NCBI RefSeq assembly: GCF_022045235.1 | Contig: NW_027266270.1 | Location: 9,424,001 to 9,488,000, forward strand | Reading direction: 5' to 3' | Length of the DNA: 64,000 nucleotides | Source: Haliotis cracherodii | Lineage: Eukaryota | Shown: piece by piece, positions 50,964-64,000 of the stretch | How the letters are laid out: every line of letters starts with the position of its first letter | Numbering within the stretch: position 1 is the stretch's first letter | The notes under the pieces: model-generated | What the model was told of the DNA's origin: nothing | The model's input: the letters and a program-made list of their open reading frames with translations, nothing else | The model's database searches: none | Program-made: the position numbers and the translations under genes

Positions 50964-53905
50964 GTTACTTGTTGTTAGATCTTATTGATAATGAAAGACA
51001 GAACTGATATTTGGTTAAACTCGGCGAATCTAAAGATCTAAGTATGTATCTCGATGTAATGTTTCCAAGATTGGAATGCCTTCTTCCTCTACCAGACCAG
51101 CTTTATACCTTTGCGTATCACAACACAAATGACAGAGTCATTACTACAACTACATGTCAGGATTAAGTCAATGTTGACACGAAGGCTTCAGCTTAGCACA
51201 TTTTGCTAGTGGCACGTGCTGCACTTGTTAATGAGCTGACATCACGTGACCAATCTAAGAATAAGTGTTCTACGGTAATGTCGTCTGTTGTCAAAACACC
51301 GAGATAATAGAGTTTGGGTGATGATGTGTTTCGGGTGTTTGATTATTTAAGGATTTACGATATACGTGTTCATTTGTCGGTGATAAATGGTATTGTGTTA
51401 TTAAGGATCCATTTGGAGTCAAGTTATGTTTAATGCGAGTGGAACTTTTAGATGCTAATGATGTAAATGTAGTAACGGTATGTTGATGGAATTATACATT
51501 ATCTACCTGTATACGTACGTGAATTATTTGCACTTGAAATATAAATGTCTAGCGTTATAGATTCCACTCACTGAAAACAGCCATTGTGATTTCCTTATTG
51601 AAATAAAATTGAACTAAAATAGTTCTGTTATTGAACAGTGTATAAATATATAACTGATCTTTTTTGTTTCAATTTTTTCAAGTGCAAGTGTGATATGACA
51701 ACAAAGTTAGAGTGTCAAATGATTTTTTATTGTTCATGTGTGCAAATGACACCCTGCTATTTCAATAAAATTTGTGTCAGCCAAAGTCATTTCATCGTGT
51801 CATTCGTCAAACAAACAGTTTGCTGAACTGAACTTTATTGTACTCCGGATTACTCGTGACACATAACCACATCATTTGGGATTGAGCGGAGGCGCAGCGA
51901 TTTGTTGAGTTGAGGGCTTGGCTATAGATGATATGCACAGTGAGGAGTATTGTTTAATCATAAATTGAATGTGTGATTGTACGATTGCTGATAGATGTTG
52001 TAGACAAGCTAGTCAAGTGGTACATGTTTTTTAAACAAATTGATTGGCAATCAAGGCGCTTTGATGAACAATCTTCCAACGTGTCACATATAACTAGAAC
52101 CTTTGAAAACACAAAGACCACGTGCACATTATCAGGAAATGGCACATGAGACTTGTAGTGATGACATTATTGATACACATGGTCCGCTCTGACTTCCGAA
52201 AAGCCAGAGACAGTTGCCAGTGACATGAAATGGTTCTGAGACAATAATGTCAATACATGTTTCCTTTGTTATTTCCAGCATTTGCTACAATAGATTCTGC
52301 CACGCAATGCATTCGCGACTACGATTAGCTTGTAGTGATCTCAGCTTACACAAAGCTCATAGAATGATTTCAAATAAGTCATCCTGCTCTTGTGGCGCTA
52401 CTTGCGAAACTACAACTCATTATTTATTTGGATGTCAATATTAGTACACACATAGAAATAATATGTTTGTTATCCAATTGGATACGATCTTGTGACCGTA
52501 AGATCCTAAGTGGAATATGGAAATGTTGCAAAAATCGGTAAGTAAAAGGGTAGATTTCATTCAGTCTGTGCATCGTTACATCTGTCACATTAAATGAAGC
52601 AATTAGGGTTCATTGTTCAAACACATACTAGTATCTTATAAGCAAAACCTTCCATTGTTGAGTCGTGTTATTGAATTAACATCTGAATGCCAGGCTATAT
52701 GTGCTTCCTATGAAATCACAGCTCATACACTGATATCCCGTGCAGAATAGCTTGTAATGGATTGGCATCAACATAAGACATGGGCTTGTTTTCCAATCCA
52801 GTTTGATTTCAAGCAATAATTTTATTTCAACCATTCTCAAATAATCATTTACGTAAAGCCTAAGAAAAGCTTCAACTTTCCACACTTTCTAATTATGGTT
52901 ACATGCACTCTCAGAAAAAAACAACTCTTTAGTGTTGTATTGTCTCAGACGTACGTTTGAAATATCAAAGATCATTAAAATTTACATGTGCAACATACGT
53001 TACACCTAATTATATACAAATGAGCTAATGACATTAACATGCGTGTTCAAGTTCTTTTTACCACGAAAGCTCTTTGCAGATACAGTTGACAACAATGTGT
53101 CCTTTATTAATGAGATAAAATATGCAGTATTTCAGCTAAATATGGAAGGAAAGCCGCAAATGGCGTACAACTTCTAAATCTAGATTCAAACCAACAAACA
53201 CTGGATTCTGGACGCAACTGTGCATACAGAAATGCGGTGGTCGAGGCCACACATGTCAACAATGAAAATGAATGGATATGTATTTGGTATTTTTGTAACA
53301 TTTTATTTTTTAGAAAAAAATCGTAATTCTGATTAAATCGCAGTTCCTGTAATGCTCAGTTGAAATAATATATGATAATACATGTTCTTGAATGTATTGT
53401 ATCTGTTCATTGTTACAACATAAACTGTCACCATGCAAGCAATGTGGAAATGTAAAACTTAAACAGGTTCATATTTTCTGCCAATACTGTTTAATGAACA
53501 TAGTAATACATAACATGTGTCGCTATTTTTATACATTCACACTGACACTGGCAAGGAACATAAGTACGATGACACTGTTAAGTACTTGTCGGTATGCTTT
53601 GTTCCTTCACATTAACAACAACGTACAATGTGCAAGTCAAGAATCGTGTTTGACAATGCTATTGTCTTCACACACAGAGTGTCTTGGTGACTTTATCTTC
53701 GTCTTCGTCAACCACAGCTTTGTGACGCTCTAAACGTTATGGGACTGAGCGACAGTGACTGGTGTCTTCTTCTTCATTTCGTCGTCTTCGTCATCTTGAA
53801 CAACAGGCTTGCTGCTGTTGGTTCATCCTCTCGTTGGGAACAGAGAATGTAGTGTGGATATTGATCCTACTGTTGGGAACCTTCATGTAAGCTCGGTTGC
53901 GGTTT

Positions 53906-55357
53906 TCATCTGGTTACACACGACAGCTGGAAAAGAGTAAAGTATCCAAAATTAGAACAGCAATAAAGACTATTTGATCATCTAATATTCGAAGTTCTTT
54001 GCAGTCTATATTTATCAATCCCTTAAAAATCATTCGGTTCCTTGAAATGTTCCTCAACCAAATCAATTACATATACGTTTATCATGCGTGTGGCCCAAGT
54101 GTGGTCAATGCCAAGAGCATCTCAAGCTACATACCTGGCAGATGAGTTTCTGTGCTGGTCGTTTATGTTGGTAGGTCCAGGCTAAATCCAGAAGGGCTAG
54201 ACCATGTCCCTGACTTTGACATCTCTGGATAAACTGCATACAGGCCGTTCGTAGGTCGGAGAATCCAAATTCCACAGATGCACAGAGTAATCCTGAAAGA
54301 ACCGAGGACATATTGTAATGTGTTTGATAAAATATTATCATGAAGGTGAAGTTCATGTTATGGATAATTGTGTGTGTTTCGCGCATGTGTCATCACGATT
54401 AGTGGAATGGCCATACTTTTGTGTTGAAATGAATATCCCAGTTAAACAAATGAAGATAGTACTTACCAATCACATTGTTAAAACCGATGTTAGCTTTCCC
54501 TGAGTGGACGAATTTGAGAAACGCCTGAAAGTCTCCAATGTGGTAGTCAGGAATGGTGATGGTGAGTTTCTGTGAAAAGGGTGAGTCTTTGATCTTTTTG
54601 GTCTTGGGTCGCTCAACGGAGGACTGTTTCTGATGTTGAAGCAAAAGCTGATACATGTACCTAGAGAAAAGAAAGAAAAAATTGAAGACGATATTTAAAC
54701 ACAAACAGTCCAAAAATTGTTCCCATGTTGAGTACATTCACAGGGTATAAGAGCCAAATGTACTCTACTTAAACATACACTTATTATTGTTCTGACCTTT
54801 TTAATGGATTATTGTTTTGTAGAATATCTTACCTGCTTCGTGTAGCCATTATGGCTTTGACTCCATGAACAGGAGCCTTCTCCTTCCCAACGAGAAAGGT
54901 GACGTCACACATCTCTGGCATGTTTAGGATGAGGGAGAGACTGTCCTGTAAGTCCCCTGTGCTTTTAAGCATCATGACGTCACCCCGACCGGAGGACTGT
55001 GAGGGGTGAGAGCTGGATTGGCTGAAAGATCTTGACTTCGAGGTCGTGCTGACGCCTTCATCAGAGGAGTAGTCGCTTGAGTCATAGCCTGAAGAGGTAC
55101 CTTCAGCTGGAATAAGAAAACAAATCAGTTATGAAATAATATTTCATTTGTTGCAAATGTTAGTAAAGCTGAGTGTTGTTTCATGAACAAAATGTGTCCT
55201 TGAAATATACTTTGAAAAAACCATCAAGGAATTATTATCCTGATGTGATAAAAGTGAATAATGCAAATGTCTCACCGTCTGCGTCATGACCAGTGTGGTC
55301 AATAGTTTCCATGGCCGAAGAGTCCAGAAGACAAAGTCGGGAATCGTAATGATTCAT
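53906..55357 (-). CDS. BTB/POZ gene copy 12 (5 exons)
   Basis: Same exon structure; H159. Confidence 0.88.
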
Positions 55358-58299
55358 GTTACTTGTTGTTAGATCTTATTGATAATGAAAGACAGAACTG
55401 ATATTTGGTTAAACTCGGCGAATCTAAAGATCTAAGTATGTATCTCGATGTAATGTTTCCAAGATTGGAATGCCTTCTTCCTCTACCAGACCAGCTTTAT
55501 ACCTTTGCGTATCACAACACAAATGACAGAGTCATTACTACAACTACATGTCAGGATTAAGTCAATGTTGACACGAAGGCTTCAGCTTAGCACATTTTGC
55601 TAGTGGCACGTGCTGCACTTGTTAATGAGCTGACATCACGTGACCAATCTAAGAATAAGTGTTCTACGGTAATGTCGTCTGTTGTCAAAACACCGAGATA
55701 ATAGAGTTTGGGTGATGATGTGTTTCGGGTGTTTGATTATTTAAGGATTTACGATATACGTGTTCATTTGTCGGTGATAAATGGTATTATGTTATTAAGG
55801 ATCCATTTGGAGTCAAGTTATGTTTAATGCGAGTGGAACTTTTAGATGCTAATGATGTAAATGTAGTAACGGTATGTTGATGGAATTATACATTATCTAC
55901 CTGTATACGTACGTGAATTATTTGCACTTGAAATATAAATGTCTAGCGTTATAGATTCCACTCACTGAAAACAGCCATTGTGATTTCCTTATTGAAATAA
56001 AATTGAACTAAAATAGTTCTGTTATTGAACAGTGTATAAATATATAACTGATCTTTTTTGTTTCAATTTTTTCAAGTGCAAGTGTGATATGACAACAAAG
56101 TTAGAGTGTCAAATGATTTTTTATTGTTCATGTGTGCAAATGACACCCTGCTATTTCAATAAAATTTGTGTCAGCCAAAGTCATTTCATCGTGTGATTCG
56201 TCAAACAAACAGTTTGCTGAACTGAACTTTATTGTACTCCGGATTACTCGTGACACATAACCACATCATTTGGGATTGAGCGGAGGCGCAGCGATTTGTT
56301 GAGTTGAGGGCTTGGCTATAGATGATATGCACAGTGAGGAGTATTGTTTAATCATAAATTGAATGTGTGATTGTACGATTGCTGATAGATGTTGTAGACA
56401 AGCTAGTCAAGTGGTACATGTTTTTTAAACAAATTGATTGGCAATCAAGGCGCTTTGATGAACAATCTTCCAACGTGTCACATATAACTAGAACCTTTGA
56501 AAACACAAAGACCACGTGCACATTATCAGGAAATGGCACATGAGACTTGTAGTGATGACATTATTGACACACTTGGTCCGCTCTGACTTCCGAAAAGCCA
56601 GAGACAGTTGCCAGTGACATGAAATGGTTCTGAGACAATAATGTCAATACATGTTTCCTTTGTTATTTCCAGCATTTGCTACAATAGATTCTGCCACGCA
56701 ATGCATTCGCGACTACGATTAGCTTGTAGTGATCTCAGCTTACACAAAGCTCATAGAATGATTTCAAATAAGTCATCCTGCTCTTGTGGCGCTACTTGCG
56801 AAACTACAACTCATTATTTATTTGGATGTCAATATTAGTACACACATAGAAATAATATGTTTGTTATCCAATTGGATACGATCTTGTGACCGTAAGATCC
56901 TAAGTGGAATATGGAAATGTTGCAAAAATCGGTAAGTAAAAGGGTAGATTTCATTCAGTCTGTGCATCGTTACATCTGTCACATTAAATGAAGCAATTAG
57001 GGTTCATTGTTCAAACACATACTAGTATCTTATAAGCAAAACCTTCCATTGTTGAGTCGTGTTATTGAATTAACATCTGAATGCCAGGCTATATGTGCTT
57101 CCTATGAAATCACAGCTCATACACTGATATCCCGTGCAGAATAGCTTGTAATGGATTGGCATCAACATAAGACATGGGCTTGTTTTCCAATCCAGTTTGA
57201 TTTCAAGCAATAATTTTATTTCAACCATTCTCAAATAATCATTTACGTAAAGCCTAAGAAAAGCTTCAACTTTCCACACTTTCTAATTATGGTTACATGC
57301 ACTCTCAGAAAAAAACAACTCTTTAGTGTTGTATTGTCTCAGACGTACGTTTGAAATATCAAAGATCATTAAAATTTACATGTGCAACATACGTTACACC
57401 TAATTATATACAAATGAGCTAATGACATTAACATGCGTGTTCAAGTTCTTTTTACCACGAAAGCTCTTTGCAGATACAGTTGACAACAATGTGTCCTTTA
57501 TTAATGAGATAAAATATGCAGTATTTCAGCTAAATATGGAAGGAAAGCCGCAAATGGCGTACAACTTCTAAATCTAGATTCAAACCAACAAACACTGGAT
57601 TCTGGACGCAACTGTGCATACAGAAATGCGGTGGTCGAGGCCACACATGTCAACAATGAAAATGAATGGATATGTATTTGGTATTTTTGTAACATTTTAT
57701 TTTTTAGAAAAAAATCGTAATTCTGATTAAATCGCAGTTCCTGTAATGCTCAGTTGAAATAATATATGATAATACATGTTCTTGAATGTATTGTATCTGT
57801 TCATTGTTACAACATAAACTGTCACCATGCAAGCAATGTGGAAATGTAAAACTTAAACAGGTTCATATTTTCTGCCAATACTGTTTAATGAACATAGTAA
57901 TACATAACATGTGTCGCTATTTTTATACATTCACACTGACACTGGCAAGGAACATAAGTACGATGACACTGTTAAGTACTTGTCGGTATGCTTTGTTCCT
58001 TCACATTAACAACAACGTACAATGTGCAAGTCAAGAATCGTGTTTGACAATGCTATTGTCTTCACACACAGAGTGTCTTGGTGACTTTATCTTCGTCTTC
58101 GTCAACCACAGCTTTGTGACGCTCTAAACGTTATGGGACTGAGCGACAGTGACTGGTGTCTTCTTCTTCATTTCGTCGTCTTCGTCATCTTGAACAACAG
58201 GCTTGCTGCTGTTGGTTCATCCTCTCGTTGGGAACAGAGAATGTAGTGTGGATATTGATCCTACTGTTGGGAACCTTCATGTAAGCTCGGTTGCGGTTT

Positions 58300-59751
58300 T
58301 CATCTGGTTACACACGACAGCTGGAAAAGAGTAAAGTATCCAAAATTAGAACAGCAATAAAGACTATTTGATCATCTAATATTCGAAGTTCTTTGCAGTC
58401 TATATTTATCAATCCCTTAAAAATCATTCGGTTCCTTGAAATGTTCCTCAACCAAATCAATTACATATACGTTTATCATGCGTGTGGCCCAAGTGTGGTC
58501 AATGCCAAGAGCATCTCAAGCTACATACCTGGCAGATGAGTTTCTGTGCTGGTCGTTTATGTTGGTAGGTCCAGGCTAAATCCAGAAGGGCTAGACCATG
58601 TCCCTGACTTTGACATCTCTGGATAAACTGCATACAGGCCGTTCGTAGGTCGGAGAATCCAAATTCCACAGATGCACAGAGTAATCCTGAAAGAACCGAG
58701 GACATATTGTAATGTGTTTGATAAAATATTATCATGAAGGTGAAGTTCATGTTATGGATAATTGTGTGTGTTTCGCGCATGTGTCATCACGATTAGTGGA
58801 ATGGCCATACTTTTGTGTTGAAATGAATATCCCAGTTAAACAAATGAAGATAGTACTTACCAATCACATTGTTAAAACCGATGTTAGCTTTCCCTGAGTG
58901 GACGAATTTGAGAAACGCCTGAAAGTCTCCAATGTGGTAGTCAGGAATGGTGATGGTGAGTTTCTGTGAAAAGGGTGAGTCTTTGATCTTTTTGGTCTTG
59001 GGTCGCTCAACGGAGGACTGTTTCTGATGTTGAAGCAAAAGCTGATACATGTACCTAGAGAAAAGAAAGAAAAAATTGAAGACGATATTTAAACACAAAC
59101 AGTCCAAAAATTGTTCCCATGTTGAGTACATTCACAGGGTATAAGAGCCAAATGTACTCTACTTAAACATACACTTATTATTGTTCTGACCTTTTTAATG
59201 GATTATTGTTTTGTAGAATATCTTACCTGCTTCGTGTAGCCATTATGGCTTTGACTCCATGAACAGGAGCCTTCTCCTTCCCAACGAGAAAGGTGACGTC
59301 ACACATCTCTGGCATGTTTAGGATGAGGGAGAGACTGTCCTGTAAGTCCCCTGTGCTTTTAAGCATCATGACGTCACCCCGACCGGAGGACTGTGAGGGG
59401 TGAGAGCTGGATTGGCTGAAAGATCTTGACTTCGAGGTCGTGCTGACGCCTTCATCAGAGGAGTAGTCGCTTGAGTCATAGCCTGAAGAGGTACCTTCAG
59501 CTGGAATAAGAAAACAAATCAGTTATGAAATAATATTTCATTTGTTGCAAATGTTAGTAAAGCTGAGTGTTGTTTCATGAACAAAATGTGTCCTTGAAAT
59601 ATACTTTGAAAAAACCATCAAGGAATTATTATCCTGATGTGATAAAAGTGAATAATGCAAATGTCTCACCGTCTGCGTCATGACCAGTGTGGTCAATAGT
59701 TTCCATGGCCGAAGAGTCCAGAAGACAAAGTCGGGAATCGTAATGATTCAT
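58300..59751 (-). CDS. BTB/POZ gene copy 13 (5 exons)
   Basis: Same exon structure; H159. Confidence 0.88.
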
Positions 59752-62693
59752 GTTACTTGTTGTTAGATCTTATTGATAATGAAAGACAGAACTGATATTT
59801 GGTTAAACTCGGCGAATCTAAAGATCTAAGTATGTATCTCGATGTAATGTTTCCAAGATTGGAATGCCTTCTTCCTCTACCAGACCAGCTTTATACCTTT
59901 GCGTATCACAACACAAATGACAGAGTCATTACTACAACTACATGTCAGGATTAAGTCAATGTTGACACGAAGGCTTCAGCTTAGCACATTTTGCTAGTGG
60001 CACGTGCTGCACTTGTTAATGAGCTGACATCACGTGACCAATCTAAGAATAAGTGTTCTACGGTAATGTCGTCTGTTGTCAAAACACCGAGATAATAGAG
60101 TTTGGGTGATGATGTGTTTCGGGTGTTTGATTATTTAAGGATTTACGATATACGTGTTCATTTGTCGGTGATAAATGGTATTATGTTATTAAGGATCCAT
60201 TTGGAGTCAAGTTATGTTTAATGCGAGTGGAACTTTTAGATGCTAATGATGTAAATGTAGTAACGGTATGTTGATGGAATTATACATTATCTACCTGTAT
60301 ACGTACGTGAATTATTTGCACTTGAAATATAAATGTCTAGCGTTATAGATTCCACTCACTGAAAACAGCCATTGTGATTTCCTTATTGAAATAAAATTGA
60401 ACTAAAATAGTTCTGTTATTGAACAGTGTATAAATATATAACTGATCTTTTTTGTTTCAATTTTTTCAAGTGCAAGTGTGATATGACAACAAAGTTAGAG
60501 TGTCAAATGATTTTTTATTGTTCATGTGTGCAAATGACACCCTGCTATTTCAATAAAATTTGTGTCAGCCAAAGTCATTTCATCGTGTCATTCGTCAAAC
60601 AAACAGTTTGCTGAACTGAACTTTATTGTACTCCGGATTACTCGTGACACATAACCACATCATTTGGGATTGAGCGGAGGCGCAGCGATTTGTTGAGTTG
60701 AGGGCTTGGCTATAGATGATATGCACAGTGAGGAGTATTGTTTAATCATAAATTGAATGTGTGATTGTACGATTGCTGATAGATGTTGTAGACAAGCTAG
60801 TCAAGTGGTACATGTTTTTTAAACAAATTGATTGGCAATCAAGGCGCTTTGATGAACAATCTTCCAACGTGTCACATATAACTAGAACCTTTGAAAACAC
60901 AAAGACCACGTGCACATTATCAGGAAATGGCACATGAGACTTGTAGTGATGACATTATTGACACACATGGTCCGCTCTGACTTCCGAAAAGCCAGAGACA
61001 GTTGCCAGTGACATGAAATGGTTCTGAGACAATAATGTCAATACATGTTTCCTTTGTTATTTCCAGCATTTGCTACAATAGATTCTGCCACGCAATGCAT
61101 TCGCGACTACGATTAGCTTGTAGTGATCTCAGCTTACACAAAGCTCATAGAATGATTTCAAATAAGTCATCCTGCTCTTGTGGCGCTACTTGCGAAACTA
61201 CAACTCATTATTTATTTGGATGTCAATATTAGTACACACATAGAAATAATATGTTTGTTATCCAATTGGATACGATCTTGTGACCGTAAGATCCTAAGTG
61301 GAATATGGAAATGTTGCAAAAATCGGTAAGTAAAAGGGTAGATTTCATTCAGTCTGTGCATCGTTACATCTGTCACATTAAATGAAGCAATTAGGGTTCA
61401 TTGTTCAAACACATACTAGTATCTTATAAGCAAAACCTTCCATTGTTGAGTCGTGTTATTGAATTAACATCTGAATGCCAGGCTATATGTGCTTCCTATG
61501 AAATCACAGCTCATACACTGATATCCCGTGCAGAATAGCTTGTAATGGATTGGCATCAACATAAGACATGGGCTTGTTTTCCAATCCAGTTTGATTTCAA
61601 GCAATAATTTTATTTCAACCATTCTCAAATAATCATTTACGTAAAGCCTAAGAAAAGCTTCAACTTTCCACACTTTCTAATTATGGTTACATGCACTCTC
61701 AGAAAAAAACAACTCTTTAGTGTTGTATTGTCTCAGACGTACGTTTGAAATATCAAAGATCATTAAAATTTACATGTGCAACATACGTTACACCTAATTA
61801 TATACAAATGAGCTAATGACATTAACATGCGTGTTCAAGTTCTTTTTACCACGAAAGCTCTTTGCAGATACAGTTGACAACAATGTGTCCTTTATTAATG
61901 AGATAAAATATGCAGTATTTCAGCTAAATATGGAAGGAAAGCCGCAAATGGCGTACAACTTCTAAATCTAGATTCAAACCAACAAACACTGGATTCTGGA
62001 CGCAACTGTGCATACAGAAATGCGGTGGTCGAGGCCACACATGTCAACAATGAAAATGAATGGATATGTATTTGGTATTTTTGTAACATTTTATTTTTTA
62101 GAAAAAAATCGTAATTCTGATTAAATCGCAGTTCCTGTAATGCTCAGTTGAAATAATATATGATAATACATGTTCTTGAATGTATTGTATCTGTTCATTG
62201 TTACAACATAAACTGTCACCATGCAAGCAATGTGGAAATGTAAAACTTAAACAGGTTCATATTTTCTGCCAATACTGTTTAATGAACATAGTAATACATA
62301 ACATGTGTCGCTATTTTTATACATTCACACTGACACTGGCAAGGAACATAAGTACGATGACACTGTTAAGTACTTGTCGGTATGCTTTGTTCCTTCACAT
62401 TAACAACAACGTACAATGTGCAAGTCAAGAATCGTGTTTGACAATGCTATTGTCTTCACACACAGAGTGTCTTGGTGACTTTATCTTCGTCTTCGTCAAC
62501 CACAGCTTTGTGACGCTCTAAACGTTATGGGACTGAGCGACAGTGACTGGTGTCTTCTTCTTCATTTCGTCGTCTTCGTCATCTTGAACAACAGGCTTGC
62601 TGCTGTTGGTTCATCCTCTCGTTGGGAACAGAGAATGTAGTGTGGATATTGATCCTACTGTTGGGAACCTTCATGTAAGCTCGGTTGCGGTTT

Positions 62694-63894
62694 TCATCTG
62701 GTTACACACGACAGCTGGAAAAGAGTAAAGTATCCAAAATTAGAACAGCAATAAAGACTATTTGATCATCTAATATTCGAAGTTCTTTGCAGTCTATATT
62801 TATCAATCCCTTAAAAATCATTCGGTTCCTTGAAATGTTCCTCAACCAAATCAATTACATATACGTTTATCATGCGTGTGGCCCAAGTGTGGTCAATGCC
62901 AAGAGCATCTCAAGCTACATACCTGGCAGATGAGTTTCTGTGCTGGTCGTTTATGTTGGTAGGTCCAGGCTAAATCCAGAAGGGCTAGACCATGTCCCTG
63001 ACTTTGACATCTCTGGATAAACTGCATACAGGCCGTTCGTAGGTCGGAGAATCCAAATTCCACAGATGCACAGAGTAATCCTGAAAGAACCGAGGACATA
63101 TTGTAATGTGTTTGATAAAATATTATCATGAAGGTGAAGTTCATGTTATGGATAATTGTGTGTGTTTCGCGCATGTGTCATCACGATTAGTGGAATGGCC
63201 ATACTTTTGTGTTGAAATGAATATCCCAGTTAAACAAATGAAGATAGTACTTACCAATCACATTGTTAAAACCGATGTTAGCTTTCCCTGAGTGGACGAA
63301 TTTGAGAAACGCCTGAAAGTCTCCAATGTGGTAGTCAGGAATGGTGATGGTGAGTTTCTGTGAAAAGGGTGAGTCTTTGATCTTTTTGGTCTTGGGTCGC
63401 TCAACGGAGGACTGTTTCTGATGTTGAAGCAAAAGCTGATACATGTACCTAGAGAAAAGAAAGAAAAAATTGAAGACGATATTTAAACACAAACAGTCCA
63501 AAAATTGTTCCCATGTTGAGTACATTCACAGGGTATAAGAGCCAAATGTACTCTACTTAAACATACACTTATTATTGTTCTGACCTTTTTAATGGATTAT
63601 TGTTTTGTAGAATATCTTACCTGCTTCGTGTAGCCATTATGGCTTTGACTCCATGAACAGGAGCCTTCTCCTTCCCAACGAGAAAGGTGACGTCACACAT
63701 CTCTGGCATGTTTAGGATGAGGGAGAGACTGTCCTGTAAGTCCCCTGTGCTTTTAAGCATCATGACGTCACCCCGACCGGAGGACTGTGAGGGGTGAGAG
63801 CTGGATTGGCTGAAAGATCTTGACTTCGAGGTCGTGCTGACGCCTTCATCAGAGGAGTAGTCGCTTGAGTCATAGCCTGAAGAGGTACCTTCAG
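62694..63894 (-). CDS. BTB/POZ gene copy 14, exons 2-5 (exon 1 beyond window end)
   Basis: Same exon structure, truncated by the window edge; H159. Confidence 0.85.
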
Positions 63895-64000
63895 CTGGAA
63901 TAAGAAAACAAATCAGTTATGAAATAATATTTCATTTGTTGCAAATGTTAGTAAAGCTGAGTGTTGTTTCTTGAACAAAATGTGTCCTTGAAATATACTT

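Larger units (their letters stand above)
6457..64000. repeat. Gene-bearing tandem array (macrosatellite): 13 full units of 4392/4394 bp plus a partial unit
   Basis: Unit phase ACACTTATTATT recurs at 6457, 10849, 15241, 19633, 24025, 28417, 32811, 37203, 41597, 45991, 50383, 54777, 59171, 63565. The ORF track repeats with the same period and units differ only by scattered SNPs and 1-bp indels. Confidence 0.99.

Noticed and set aside
6457-64000. Array unit as a tandem transposon, rDNA/histone repeat or CRISPR-like array
   Set aside because: No terminal repeats, transposase/Rep, rRNA or histone sequence, and no repeat-spacer structure seen.

Overview
Eukaryotic (metazoan, probably invertebrate) genomic DNA with two parts. 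(1) 1-6456: an apparently intact Ngaro-type (DIRS order) tyrosine-recombinase retrotransposon on +. It carries gag, RT/RNase H, YR and an SGNH hydrolase ORF, with split direct repeats A1...B1-A2-spacer-B2; A1 is cut by the window start. (2) 6457-64000: a gene-bearing macrosatellite of 13 full, nearly identical 4392/4394-bp units plus a partial one. It encodes 12 complete and 2 partial copies of a 5-exon minus-strand gene for a 242-aa BTB/POZ protein (serine-enriched protein/gprs-like) that the ORF track only shows in fragments. Each unit also has a TATA/Inr/E-box promoter and a decayed LINE 3' fragment. The retrotransposon sits antisense in intron 2 of the first gene copy. The most novel signals are in the element: an in-frame splice joining the gag N-terminus to the hydrolase (env-like subgenomic RNA), and a terminal cassette with six perfect Pumilio elements and a polyA signal located downstream of the duplicated A repeat. 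All calls were made by eye, without database searches.
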